From IMG/VR virus record IMGVR_UViG_3300022821_000015, positions 13,973-77,972 of that record: 64,000 nt of DNA; one strand, given 5' to 3'. Position numbers and translations under genes: made by a program. Of this stretch, positions 1 through 9,398 are shown in pieces (within the stretch, counting starts at the first letter, position 1; every line of letters begins with the position of its first letter). Under the pieces are notes generated by a model. The model was not told the DNA's origin, made no database searches, and saw only the letters and a program-made list of their open reading frames with translations. This stretch comes from a virus.

Positions 1-1293
1 AACATTTCCCTGCAAATGATTATCGTTTAAAAAGACCTTTGACTCACGCGAAGATACTTGTTTAATATTGCATTTTCTCGCATATATAACACTCTGTCTC
101 CCCATAATAGAATTTAATCTAGATTTAACTATATGTTTATTGTCATTCCATTCATTGTCTAAAATATGAATAAGACGGATTCCTTTTTTGGAACATTCTT
201 CAGTTTTGCTTAAATGATATTTTCTATTTTTGCCATTATTTTCAGAATGCCAGTATATACCATTGCATTCGATTGCTATATTATGTTCTGGGATAAAAAT
301 ATCTATTTCCAATGGTGGTATTAAATATCTATTGTTCAAACTACCATCCACAAATTCTCTTACTTCGGATTCCCACATAGATGATGTAATAGGAAAACAT
401 TGTGTACATCTTGGCATTTTACCAGAAATTAAATTATCAACGAATATATTACTACATTCAATACATTCCCATTCATACTGATGATGCACCCCTTCAAATT
501 CAGTAAACCGTGGGCGTAATTTACCTTTCACCCTATCACCAATAGTTGTCATGAAGTCAGATTTCTGTTTAGTTAAATATACATCTGATGAAAAATAGTT
601 ATCGGCATTATAACGATTATTGATTGTTTCTTTAATTTTATCTTGTATGGCGGGTGACTGACTTGGCCACATCGTTCCGAATCTTTCTTGATTAGTGTTC
701 ATACTCTTTTCTTGAACACTAATCAATGATTGTGGATTTGGTATTCCGTATCTTTCAATGGATGTTTGTCGTTTTTTATTTTTAATAGTTTCGAGTTGCG
801 ATGGATTATTCACTCCGTGCGTGTCAATAAATGATTTTTTAATTTTCTCTTTTATTTTTTCCGACTGAAAAGGGTTATCAACTCCATATTTAGATTGAAC
901 GGTCGCTGTTCGTTTTTGCTGAACGTCGATAGATTTAGATGGATTATCAACCCCGTATTTTTCACGACATGACTTTAATCGTTTGTTTCGGGTTGGGGTC
1001 GCTGCCGCTCCGCATTTCACCGAACAATAATCGTTAAATTTTTTTGATTTGAATTTAACGGGGGCGGCACATACCCCACATACCGGGCGGGTCGTTATAT
1101 TATGTTCCACACAATATACCCGAACGGCAAGAGAATCATTGGATTCAAGAAATGAGGTTGCTGAATATATAGATTTATATAAATCGGTTTCCAGAAACGA
1201 ACCTTTTGAAATATTCCCATTAATTTTACCAGCGGCATTTATTAAACCGGGATATTCTTTTATTTTCTCTATCAAACTGGTTGATGGTGTCAT
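1..1293 (-). CDS. Free-standing homing endonuclease (Hef/Vsr-like PD-(D/E)XK type), 3' end off-window; missed by ORF track
   Basis: Manual translation from ATG 1293 (MTPSTSLIEK...) is open to base 1. It contains CxxC zinc motifs, several KYGVDNP-like repeats, then LEIDIFIPEHNIAIECNGIYWHSE and IYARKC...FLNDNHLQG. Confidence 0.8.
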   Translation of the reverse strand, partial: MTPSTSLIEKIKEYPGLINAAGKINGNISKGSFLETDLYKSIYSATSFLESNDSLAVRVYCVEHNITTRPVCGVCAAPVKFKSKKFNDYCSVKCGAAATPTRNKRLKSCREKYGVDNPSKSIDVQQKRTATVQSKYGVDNPFQSEKIKEKIKKSFIDTHGVNNPSQLETIKNKKRQTSIERYGIPNPQSLISVQEKSMNTNQERFGTMWPSQSPAIQDKIKETINNRYNADNYFSSDVYLTKQKSDFMTTIGDRVKGKLRPRFTEFEGVHHQYEWECIECSNIFVDNLISGKMPRCTQCFPITSSMWESEVREFVDGSLNNRYLIPPLEIDIFIPEHNIAIECNGIYWHSENNGKNRKYHLSKTEECSKKGIRLIHILDNEWNDNKHIVKSRLNSIMGRQSVIYARKCNIKQVSSRESKVFLNDNHLQGNV

Positions 1294-1324
1294 ATATTTT
1301 ATCTGCTTCTTTGAAATGAACAAA

Positions 1325-1349
1325 CAAAAATCCCATTATGGGATTTTTG
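1325..1349. terminator. Palindromic hairpin, probable intrinsic terminator
   Basis: caaaaatccca-tta-tgggatttttg, a perfect 11-bp inverted repeat just downstream of 1366..1773(-). Confidence 0.55.
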
Positions 1350-1365
1350 CATGTTATAGTTAGAG

Positions 1366-1773
1366 TTAAGCTAGGTCAAAGCCCGGTGCTGTTACAAGCG
1401 CACCAGAAACGTCAAGCGAGTTCGGCGTTGTAGCACGAATTGCCGTCTGAAGTGCTGCTGCTGTCCAAGCACCTGTTGGGTAAACAGCTACTGAAATCTG
1501 ACCAGTTGCGTCACCTTCAACTTGGTACATAGCAAGAGTACCTTTTGTTTGAACCGTGCGAAGAATATCTTCAACTGCTTCAGTTGCGCCCATTTCTCCA
1601 GTAATGTCGGTTACTGTATCAGAACCGTTTGCTACGATAACTTTGAAGAAGTCAAGTGCTGGACCTTCAAAGATTACTGTTTCGTCAGCTGTGATTGGAT
1701 CAGCGCCTTTAGCGGACGTGTCCTTGTATACTACTGCATATGCATCACCATTTGTACGTGTGATTGTTGCCAT
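1366..1773 (-). CDS. Small Ala/Thr-rich probable virion protein
   Basis: 135 aa with structural-like composition; upstream AGGA RBS and late-promoter-like CATAAATA near 1831-1838. Confidence 0.5.
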   Translation of the reverse strand: MATITRTNGDAYAVVYKDTSAKGADPITADETVIFEGPALDFFKVIVANGSDTVTDITGEMGATEAVEDILRTVQTKGTLAMYQVEGDATGQISVAVYPTGAWTAAALQTAIRATTPNSLDVSGALVTAPGFDLA

Positions 1774-1862
1774 TTTATTAATTCCTATCTAAAATATATA
1801 TATTGTGAAACACTTCGTTTCACTTACTTTTATTTATGCAAATAAGCAAAAAACTTATTTTT

Positions 1863-2657
1863 TTACATCATAATACTGCCAAGCTTATGCCCTACATAAT
1901 AAGCACCAGCCATGGCGGCGGCGGTTTTAACCCATCCGGGGATTTTGTGACCTTGTTTTTCTGCTGATTTTACGGTTTCAGAACTTGGCACCATATTTTT
2001 AGTGGTTTCTTTCCAAGGCTTGAAAATATCACTCATAAATCGTCTATCTTGACGAAAATGCAGTGTCAGTCGTGTCGCAATCATATTACGCTCAGAAGGG
2101 GTTGCCATCGTATAATCTTGTGCAATACGACGCATACGTTTCAGAATACCGTTCTTAATACCAAGTGACTTTTCCATCTTCAAGAAGAACTGACGGTCTA
2201 AACCGGGATTGGCATTTCCTGCCTTAACGTCACGCAAGTAACGCTTAAACGCTAGTTCAGGAATATTGATATTTTCGCCAGTACCCACGGTATCTGCAAA
2301 TTTGGATGGATTCATAATAATAGATGCAATATTATGAAGGTCGGTTGCGCCACTACGTACGTTACTAAAGTCAAAGAACTTCAGGGTTTCTTGTGCGTAC
2401 TTTGCGGCAGCTTCTGGATTTTCGTACCGTAATTGTTGAAGCATGATCATATGTTCGAAGAATGTTTCGCCCATATCAGCCATAGTATGCCCAGCAGCGT
2501 TTCTAGGAATACGAATATAACGTGCTTCCTGTAACTCACCACCGATAAACTTTAGTTTACGGTCGTCTGTGATTTCAAGACTAGTGAAGGTGCGGTGTTC
2601 CAACCATTTGTCTTCTAGTCCTTCAAAAATATCATTCTTCGGAAATACATAATCCAT
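1863..2657 (-). CDS. Hypothetical protein
   Basis: 264-aa ORF in a co-directional gene run. Confidence 0.65.
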   Translation of the reverse strand: MDYVFPKNDIFEGLEDKWLEHRTFTSLEITDDRKLKFIGGELQEARYIRIPRNAAGHTMADMGETFFEHMIMLQQLRYENPEAAAKYAQETLKFFDFSNVRSGATDLHNIASIIMNPSKFADTVGTGENINIPELAFKRYLRDVKAGNANPGLDRQFFLKMEKSLGIKNGILKRMRRIAQDYTMATPSERNMIATRLTLHFRQDRRFMSDIFKPWKETTKNMVPSSETVKSAEKQGHKIPGWVKTAAAMAGAYYVGHKLGSIMM

Positions 2658-2661
2658 AATA

Positions 2662-2898
2662 TTATCTACTTAGCTTATTCGAAATCGAACTTTTAATACT
2701 ATCCAATGTATAAATTTCGTCGTTGATATCAGATTGTAAATTGATATTATGCTTGTTCTTGATATAAAAATCAATGAAATCACTTAGCTTCACGGATAAA
2801 TCTGCCCACTGCTCGCTCATCATATCGTTTTTGTCATACTGTGGATTTTCATTAATAATATCATCCATTTTGCCGATTAGGTCTGTCATTTCGCTCAT
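2662..2898 (-). CDS. Hypothetical protein
   Basis: 78 aa; ATGA overlap with the upstream ORF. Confidence 0.5.
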   Translation of the reverse strand: MSEMTDLIGKMDDIINENPQYDKNDMMSEQWADLSVKLSDFIDFYIKNKHNINLQSDINDEIYTLDSIKSSISNKLSR

Positions 2899-3134
2899 TT
2901 CATTTTCCTTATACCACGTGTAAACTTTTTTGGATCGTGTGTGCGTATAGCATTTACAAGACGTTTCTCCAAATCTACTGCTGTTTCTTGATCGTAACTC
3001 TCGTGAATCATATTGATAAGGTTCATAGCCGAATCGATAATGTTAGTGGCACGATTCTCCAATACGTGAACTCTATCACGTGATGTAGCTAGTTGATCTA
3101 GTTCTTCTAAGATGCTTCTTGTTTTTTTACGCAT
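2895..3134 (-). CDS. Hypothetical protein (start revised to MRKKTRS)
   Basis: CATAAATA late-promoter motif just upstream of ATG 3134. Confidence 0.6.
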   Translation of the reverse strand: MRKKTRSILEELDQLATSRDRVHVLENRATNIIDSAMNLINMIHESYDQETAVDLEKRLVNAIRTHDPKKFTRGIRKMK

Positions 3135-3172
3135 ACAGTATTTATGGCTTTCAAACATTTATATAAACAAAA

Positions 3173-4015
3173 TCAAATAACATATACGGACTGAACATGA
3201 TTGTATTTTGATAATGTGTCGAGGATGTCTTCTTGTGACTGTGTGGAATCTAGTTGTGCTATCTTTATGTTGCCCGTGGTTAGCCTAGGGTCGCCAATAT
3301 CGTAACCTTTGTCTATAAAATACTCTGAGTTATCTATCTTATACTGTTCATACAAGGCTGAGTTATCCTTAGTATCTGAAAAGCTGATTATGAAATCGGA
3401 GCTATAGTGTAGGTTAGGAACAAAGTCATGGTGATGATCGTCGTTGTCCTTTGCTAAACTCTCAACGTTCTTACCCACGTCTGCATACATAACGTATACA
3501 CCGCCGAACTCTTTGGTGTTTTGGAACAGCTTATAATCTTCGATGTCATAGGTCTTTGTTTTTGGTAAATCAAACCACACAACCCTGATTCTTTTGTCGG
3601 CACCAAAGTTCTCTGCACGATGTACGAGTTGGTTTACCTTGCTCAGTCTTTGCTGTTCCTCTAATGTCAATCCACTTCCTTGCCATGCGTCTAAGCTACC
3701 ATGGTAAATCTCAAATACGCTATGGATGTGATTTAGGGTGTCTTGATCGTCGGTGCTGCCTAGTTCGACGCCACCAAACATATTAGGCATCTGCCTAATC
3801 AACTCATTTATATTATCCAATATACGATTTTCAGACCAATCCATATTGAGGTTGTAGAATGCATCCGGCTCGCTTATCGGATACCCACGCTGTTGTGCTT
3901 CTTTGTATCTTGATAACCACTTTTTCACGAAGTGGTTACTCTCTAGCCTAAAGTTGAAATCACAGGTAGTCTCGTAATCATTGCGAGTGCTAAGTCTTAC
4001 TTTTATTGTGTCCAT
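3173..4015 (-). CDS. Hypothetical protein
   Basis: 280-aa ORF with His-rich motifs (LNHIHSVFE, NQLVHRAE). Confidence 0.65.
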   Translation of the reverse strand: MDTIKVRLSTRNDYETTCDFNFRLESNHFVKKWLSRYKEAQQRGYPISEPDAFYNLNMDWSENRILDNINELIRQMPNMFGGVELGSTDDQDTLNHIHSVFEIYHGSLDAWQGSGLTLEEQQRLSKVNQLVHRAENFGADKRIRVVWFDLPKTKTYDIEDYKLFQNTKEFGGVYVMYADVGKNVESLAKDNDDHHHDFVPNLHYSSDFIISFSDTKDNSALYEQYKIDNSEYFIDKGYDIGDPRLTTGNIKIAQLDSTQSQEDILDTLSKYNHVQSVYVI

Positions 4016-4017
4016 CG

Positions 4018-4243
4018 TTATCGGTTCAACTTCGATATCATATCTTTGAGTTCTTGACGCTTTGTATCGTCGTTTATCTTCATCGGTTCCATCGGTTCTG
4101 CTTCTTGTACACCGTCACCATTCTGTCGGCTCTTGATCTTCTTCAATCTTACAACGGATACATCCACTATGCCATGGTGAAATTTCACCAGACGGGGATA
4201 TATCAATATTAGTCCATGGAGCAAAACATTTAGGGGCTATCAT
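4018..4243 (-). pseudogene. Chimeric remnant: twitch/SPASM-like radical SAM N-terminus plus a second copy of the helicase C-terminal tail
   Basis: ATG 4243 frame reads MIAPKCFAPWTNIDISPSGEISP-WHSGCIRCKIEE. Another frame reads IKSRQNG...EPMKI...LKDMISKL, resembling the helicase tail IKTRQEG...EPMHV...LTDMLQAL. Confidence 0.45.
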
Positions 4244-5643
4244 TAACTTTTTCCACTCAGCGCTTGCAGCATATCTGTAAGTTTGGATGACTGAACATCC
4301 GCTTTGACATGCATTGGTTCTATTAACGTAGGTTCATCATTGTCCTCGTTGCCTTCTTGACGGGTTTTAATACGTTGCATGATGTCACTGGACGGCTCGG
4401 TTCCGAGGACTTGAGCTTCCTCGCCTATGTCAGTAATGCGAAGTGTTTCGGTATCAAACCCAAGGTCAATCGTTTGCCCAACACCACCCGATGATCTTGT
4501 CTTCATAAGCTGGATTTGATAGCGTCCTAGTTCTCGCATTTTGCGTGTGGTACGAATACCAAACAGGTTGTCCGCCGTATTAATCTTTGAAATACCGCCC
4601 GAAATCATCGAATGATCGAATTCAACTTCATCGACCGCCGTGCGGTTTAGCTGGGATGCCGTAACAAATAATATATCAAGTTCCTTGGCAAAGTTGCGCA
4701 ATTCTTCCGACACATACTTGTCCTTAACAAACAAGTCACTAGGAGATACCTTTGCAGAAACCGGCATCAACAAATCAAGATAGTCAACCATAAGGAAGTC
4801 AATCTTTCGTCCCGTTCTTACTTGCAACTCTTTAAGATACGAACGCATATTGTTGACAGTGCTTTGCGATGGCATATATTTGATCTGAAGACTACCTGAT
4901 TTCGTACCCGCACTCTTAACTTTCCACTCAACGTCATCGAGGTTCCTGAAGATTTCACGCGAATGTGTGCCAGTGACCATACTATCAATACGCATCGCAC
5001 ATAGCTCTTCAGCCAATTCCAGCGATATATACACGCCATTCAAACCATTAAATACCCAGTTCACGGCAATATTCTGCATAAACAGTGACTTCCCCGATCC
5101 TGATCCACCAGCGAAAATGTTTAGTTCACCTTTGTTAAATCCGCCATATAGGCGACGGTCAAGCGTCGGCCAGCCCGTAGAATTTTGTCCATTGCTATCT
5201 CTCAACTTCAGTAGGCGGGCGCGGGGATTATCAAAATAATCCGTCCCAATATCCTTAGTCAATGATATTTGCACTGCGTCTTTAATTAGCTTTTCGATTG
5301 GCTCGTATTCTTGCTTTTCAATCATATCTGCTGCTGTCAAGATAGCACGATTCAACTCGCTAAATTTAGTGAATCCTTCAAATTCCTTCAAAAACCAATC
5401 GTAATGTTCCTCTGTTAGTTCTGGAACGGGTTCTAATTGTGTTCCGGTCTTAGCTTTGATTTGTTCTCTGGTAGGCAGTGTGCTATGCGCCTCTGCGTGT
5501 TCAGCCATAAACTCAGCAGCCTTGCGCAATGATCTATCAAAGTTGCTTACATTGTAAATATCTTGTACTCGCACATAACTTTGTGCATCTTCTAGCATCA
5601 TTTCTAAAAATAGTCGTTGTAAATCTGGTGTATATTCGCTCAA
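4243..5643 (-). CDS. gp41: Replicative DNA helicase, DnaB/T4 gp41-like
   Basis: Walker A GGSGSGKS, Walker B LMVDYLDL, TASQLNR and KTRSS motifs of SF4 helicases. Confidence 0.93.
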   Translation of the reverse strand: MSEYTPDLQRLFLEMMLEDAQSYVRVQDIYNVSNFDRSLRKAAEFMAEHAEAHSTLPTREQIKAKTGTQLEPVPELTEEHYDWFLKEFEGFTKFSELNRAILTAADMIEKQEYEPIEKLIKDAVQISLTKDIGTDYFDNPRARLLKLRDSNGQNSTGWPTLDRRLYGGFNKGELNIFAGGSGSGKSLFMQNIAVNWVFNGLNGVYISLELAEELCAMRIDSMVTGTHSREIFRNLDDVEWKVKSAGTKSGSLQIKYMPSQSTVNNMRSYLKELQVRTGRKIDFLMVDYLDLLMPVSAKVSPSDLFVKDKYVSEELRNFAKELDILFVTASQLNRTAVDEVEFDHSMISGGISKINTADNLFGIRTTRKMRELGRYQIQLMKTRSSGGVGQTIDLGFDTETLRITDIGEEAQVLGTEPSSDIMQRIKTRQEGNEDNDEPTLIEPMHVKADVQSSKLTDMLQALSGKS

Positions 5644-6677
5644 TACTTCTTCCTCGTCAATTCAATCTTCAATCTCGTATCATACTTATGTGCCATAATA
5701 TGCTGGAATGTATATAGTTTTCCATACTTACATACAGCGGCATTGACATCATCGATATCGGGGTCTTCCCAATCTGGAAAGCTTACATTCCAGCCACATT
5801 CCAATGCCACGTCTACAAGCTTTTGTCCCGGTGCGCCCCGATCTGGCACCACTATAACTTCTCGGTTTAGCATATCGATGATTTCCGCTTTTGTTTCACT
5901 AACTTCATTACCAAGCATCGCCACCCCGTTAATAGCCAAAGCATCAAATGGACCCTCGGTAACAAGCACAACTTTTGCATCGGGCATCTGTGCGTCAGTA
6001 TTGAATACATAGTTGGAATCCGATTTGTTGTAATATTTCATTTGCTTGTTGTCATCAATACAACGAGCAGTATATCCGATGATTTCATTATTCCACTTAT
6101 ACGGGATAATAAGTCGGCGATTCATTTTTTGTGCTATGGAAACTTTTTCAGGTGTCCAATACATATCAGAAACTTGTTCGTGTGTGAGTCCACGTTTTTC
6201 AACTGCGTATGCAACAACATCCATTAAATCGTCGGGTATTGTTTCAAAGTCGGCGATAGCATAAAATGTCAATAGTTCTTCAATGCGTTTCGCCTTTTCT
6301 GGCAACGGTTCCGGTTCAAAGTGAATATTGATTTCTTCCTTATCGGTTTCAACAACACCCTCTTCGTCACGAATGCGCATTGATTCAAAAACTAATCGCT
6401 TAATTACGCCTTCGTCGATACCAATCCAAGACATAAACTTCCGCATCTTGTAACTAAGATGCCATCCGGGTTGCCAACCAGTCTTAAAGTTGCAGTTAAA
6501 GCAATGATATGATACCATATCGCCATTAAGGATTAGTCCACCCCGACCTCGTTTGTCAGGAGTTTCCCCGTTATGGACACAACACACGCCATTTGACGTG
6601 ATCCAACCTTTACTGGATTTACGTGTTTTGCGCCCCATTGTCCAAGCAGACGATACGGCATCTTGAATTTTATTCAT
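5640..6677 (-). CDS. DNA primase-like (gp61/DnaG type; zinc domain plus TOPRIM)
   Basis: CVH...YHCFNC zinc motif, IPY...GYTAR, TEGPFDA TOPRIM glutamate; adjacent to the helicase. Confidence 0.85.
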   Translation of the reverse strand: MNKIQDAVSSAWTMGRKTRKSSKGWITSNGVCCVHNGETPDKRGRGGLILNGDMVSYHCFNCNFKTGWQPGWHLSYKMRKFMSWIGIDEGVIKRLVFESMRIRDEEGVVETDKEEINIHFEPEPLPEKAKRIEELLTFYAIADFETIPDDLMDVVAYAVEKRGLTHEQVSDMYWTPEKVSIAQKMNRRLIIPYKWNNEIIGYTARCIDDNKQMKYYNKSDSNYVFNTDAQMPDAKVVLVTEGPFDALAINGVAMLGNEVSETKAEIIDMLNREVIVVPDRGAPGQKLVDVALECGWNVSFPDWEDPDIDDVNAAVCKYGKLYTFQHIMAHKYDTRLKIELTRKKY

Positions 6678-6683
6678 AGTATA

Positions 6684-7322
6684 TTATATCAAATTGGGGT
6701 AAGCCGTGTCTATAAATTCTTTTACTCTTTCGGCTATCCATATATGACCTTCTTCATTCGGATGCCCGCCACTTGCGAAATGATTGGGCAATAGATGGTC
6801 TTTCATACAAGTGCCTGACCAAAACATATTTTTATCATTGATTGAATAAGCGGGCAACGAATTGAAGCCAATATATTTGAAACCTTTTGCTTTCGCCGTG
6901 TTCATCATAGCTGATGCCATTGTTACATATTGCATACGTTCATATTCTTCTGACCACGTATGTGTAACATAATCTTTATACGAGTTATCGAAACGATTTA
7001 CATTATTTGCATTTGTTCCGTTTGTTATCCAAGATGAATGTTTCCATTCACGGTCAGTGCTATCGTACCAGCTTTCACGGGATGGGTCGGTGAATGCGAA
7101 CACATAGAATGTATCAGGGGATGCTGTCTCGGCATGGTTCATAAACGCATAAAACATTGACTTCATTGTTCCGCCGGGGTGTGCTAAGTTTTCGTTTGGT
7201 CCAAGTAATCCAAGGAAACATTTATCGTGTTGATATTTTATTGTGTCGTGCCACGTGGTTGCATTAGGCGGTACAAGCTCTGAACCATACATCCAAGAGC
7301 AACCAAATCCTACATACTTCAT
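6684..7322 (-). CDS. SGNH/GDSL-hydrolase-like protein
   Basis: N-terminal FGCSWMYG (block I) and C-terminal GHPNEEGH (block V). Confidence 0.6.
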   Translation of the reverse strand: MKYVGFGCSWMYGSELVPPNATTWHDTIKYQHDKCFLGLLGPNENLAHPGGTMKSMFYAFMNHAETASPDTFYVFAFTDPSRESWYDSTDREWKHSSWITNGTNANNVNRFDNSYKDYVTHTWSEEYERMQYVTMASAMMNTAKAKGFKYIGFNSLPAYSINDKNMFWSGTCMKDHLLPNHFASGGHPNEEGHIWIAERVKEFIDTAYPNLI

Positions 7323-7328
7323 ACTCTA

Positions 7329-7682
7329 TTAATCTACCTCATCAACTTGTTCAACGTTTATCGCAGAAGAAGGAATATCCCCGTAATAAACACACTGGTC
7401 TGTCTCGGACAAGCTTTCAACCCAATCATTAGCAGAGTTTGTATGGTCGTCGTCTGGTTGCATCAAACTCATATCAAGTTGGGTAATATCAATACTCAAT
7501 AGATATATAACATCACTGCCAGTTCTTTCAGCATCAGTCATCGCGTATTCAAAAGCAAGGTCGGGGTTATCTGTAAGATAAACGCCATTTAGCCTACCAC
7601 CCATACGAAGACCTTTAGATTTCACATCTGAAGAAGTTCCGTGCCATAATATAGTGTGATTCTCAAACTCATACAATCGCAT
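7329..7682 (-). CDS. Putative ADP-ribosyltransferase-fold protein with capsid-targeting-like N-terminus
   Basis: MRLYEFEN leader, then LWHGTS...GVYLTDNPDLAFEYA, the H-G-T / Y-x-T / A-x-x-Y-A pattern of H-Y-type ART domains. Confidence 0.5.
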   Translation of the reverse strand: MRLYEFENHTILWHGTSSDVKSKGLRMGGRLNGVYLTDNPDLAFEYAMTDAERTGSDVIYLLSIDITQLDMSLMQPDDDHTNSANDWVESLSETDQCVYYGDIPSSAINVEQVDEVD

Positions 7683-7687
7683 ATTAT

Positions 7688-8449
7688 TTAATGCCTATAA
7701 AGAACGCTGGATACCGTATTGGTTGTATCTGCCTTAACGAATCTAATAGCACTAAAAACACCAGTCCAGTTAACATAAGCATTACCCGTCTGTGCAGTAT
7801 AACTCACCGTATTAATATCAACCCAGTTGAATGTGGTTTGGTTAGCAACATCGTCCATTGTTCCTTGAATAGTCACGCTTCCCGTATATGGCTCAGTGAA
7901 ATAGAACTGTGCGGTATGAAGTGCGTTATTATTATTGTTCAAACGTGGATATGCTTGTGCTGCTGATGTTACTGTGCCGCCAGTGAATGCTAATGACACA
8001 CTTTCACGAAACTCTGGAAATACACCGTGCTTAACTTGTAACTGACCTGCTGCACTATAGTTGTCGTCGGTATACGCTACGTGCTGAACGTTTTCGCCGT
8101 CCACCACTTTAACACTCCACGTGTAATACTGCTCATTAATATCAAGTAAGTCGGATTCACTGATAACCAACTTGGCTATACCATTCGGACCATCTTCAAG
8201 TGTCATCGGTCGGGTAAGGTGTGTAATATGGCTTTCGTTATCGATAATATTAAAAGTGATTACCTTATCTAACATATTCACCTTCTTTTGGTCGTTGTTT
8301 CTAAAGTTGAAGGAAACGGTGTTATCGATTCCTCTATACAATGTCATATTTCTACTATACACGTTTTCCTGTCTCCCTGCTGTCAATACACTGGTAGTTA
8401 GATTGATATCCATAGTTTGTTTGTAAAGGTAAATGTATTGTTTATTCAT
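7688..8449 (-). CDS. Probable virion structural protein (beta-rich)
   Basis: 253 aa, Thr/Asn-rich; TATAAATA late promoter immediately upstream. Confidence 0.55.
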   Translation of the reverse strand: MNKQYIYLYKQTMDINLTTSVLTAGRQENVYSRNMTLYRGIDNTVSFNFRNNDQKKVNMLDKVITFNIIDNESHITHLTRPMTLEDGPNGIAKLVISESDLLDINEQYYTWSVKVVDGENVQHVAYTDDNYSAAGQLQVKHGVFPEFRESVSLAFTGGTVTSAAQAYPRLNNNNNALHTAQFYFTEPYTGSVTIQGTMDDVANQTTFNWVDINTVSYTAQTGNAYVNWTGVFSAIRFVKADTTNTVSSVLYRH

Positions 8450-8453
8450 ATGG

Positions 8454-8468
8454 TATTTATACTAAATA
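8454..8468. promoter_or_regulatory. Back-to-back T4-like late promoters
   Basis: TATAAATA on minus (8454-8461) and CTAAATA on plus (8462-8468) between divergent genes. Confidence 0.6.
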
Positions 8469-8473
8469 CTCGT

Positions 8474-8998
8474 ATGAAAGCATTTGAGATTATCGCCGCA
8501 ATAGCCCAACAGAAATCCGAAAAGGATAGCCCAATGATGCAAGCTGATTGGAATAAGATTGATGATACGCTCATCAATGCCGATAATGGCTTCGTCAACC
8601 CTAAAAAAAGAATAAAAGAAAACGTACTGACCGAACTTCACGATAAGGTTTTACGATGGGAATGGGGCGATACAAATAATGACGGCGAGGTTAGTGCCTA
8701 CTTCCACACCCCGAAAGGTCAGGAAATAATAGTAGTGTTCTCCGAAACGAATGAAGGAGATTGGGATGCTACGTTTACTACCGGTGAAAGTTACGAGGTA
8801 ACCGGCGATGGTGAGAACTTCATTATTTTCTCCACGGTACTTAGAATATTGAAAGACTTTGCTTATGGCTATCAGCCAACATATATAAGGTTTGAGGCTG
8901 ACGAACCAAATAGACAGAGACTATATGCAAAGATGCTGGACAGACAGCACATACGATATGATAACGACAATGGTACATTTAAATTGCATCTGATGTGA
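8474..8998 (+). CDS. Hypothetical protein (start revised to MKAFEII)
   Basis: ATG 8474 follows the late promoter; the longer ORF-track start overlaps the opposite gene. Confidence 0.55.
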   Translation: MKAFEIIAAIAQQKSEKDSPMMQADWNKIDDTLINADNGFVNPKKRIKENVLTELHDKVLRWEWGDTNNDGEVSAYFHTPKGQEIIVVFSETNEGDWDATFTTGESYEVTGDGENFIIFSTVLRILKDFAYGYQPTYIRFEADEPNRQRLYAKMLDRQHIRYDNDNGTFKLHLM

Positions 8999-9014
8999 TA
9001 CACTAAATAAACCT

Positions 9015-9398
9015 ATGGAAGATGCAAATCTATTCGCTAAAATCGCAAAAAAGTATCCATTTATCAGTCATATAACCTATGGCGGGAATGAGTTCATCGG
9101 TATTATTCAAAATAAGGATAAGATGATAACATCATTATATGATTATTCCAAGATTAAATCTATGGAAGAAAAGACATCGTTTATCGAACTGGGCGATACT
9201 TGGTGGTGGGAATCGAATCGTCAAATCCCAATAAATATCTTTCTCAAGAATCTATGGGATTTTAAAGACGTTCTAGTAACTATGAATAGCAAGGACTGTG
9301 ACATTATCAACGGTCCATACGTAAGTCTATCCGAAATATCATCAAAGCGTATTAAACGCACCAACATTCAGCTGGTGCGCCGTGTCAAGCCGAAATAG
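9015..9398 (+). CDS. Hypothetical phage protein
   Basis: 127 aa with a WWWESNRQIPINIFL motif; CTAAATA upstream. Confidence 0.65.
   Translation: MEDANLFAKIAKKYPFISHITYGGNEFIGIIQNKDKMITSLYDYSKIKSMEEKTSFIELGDTWWWESNRQIPINIFLKNLWDFKDVLVTMNSKDCDIINGPYVSLSEISSKRIKRTNIQLVRRVKPK

Noticed and set aside
230-1363. Plus-strand ORFs 230..481 and 1049..1363, and many similar short antisense ORFs throughout the track
   Set aside because: They are shadows of longer motif-bearing genes on the opposite strand and lack RBS or motifs.
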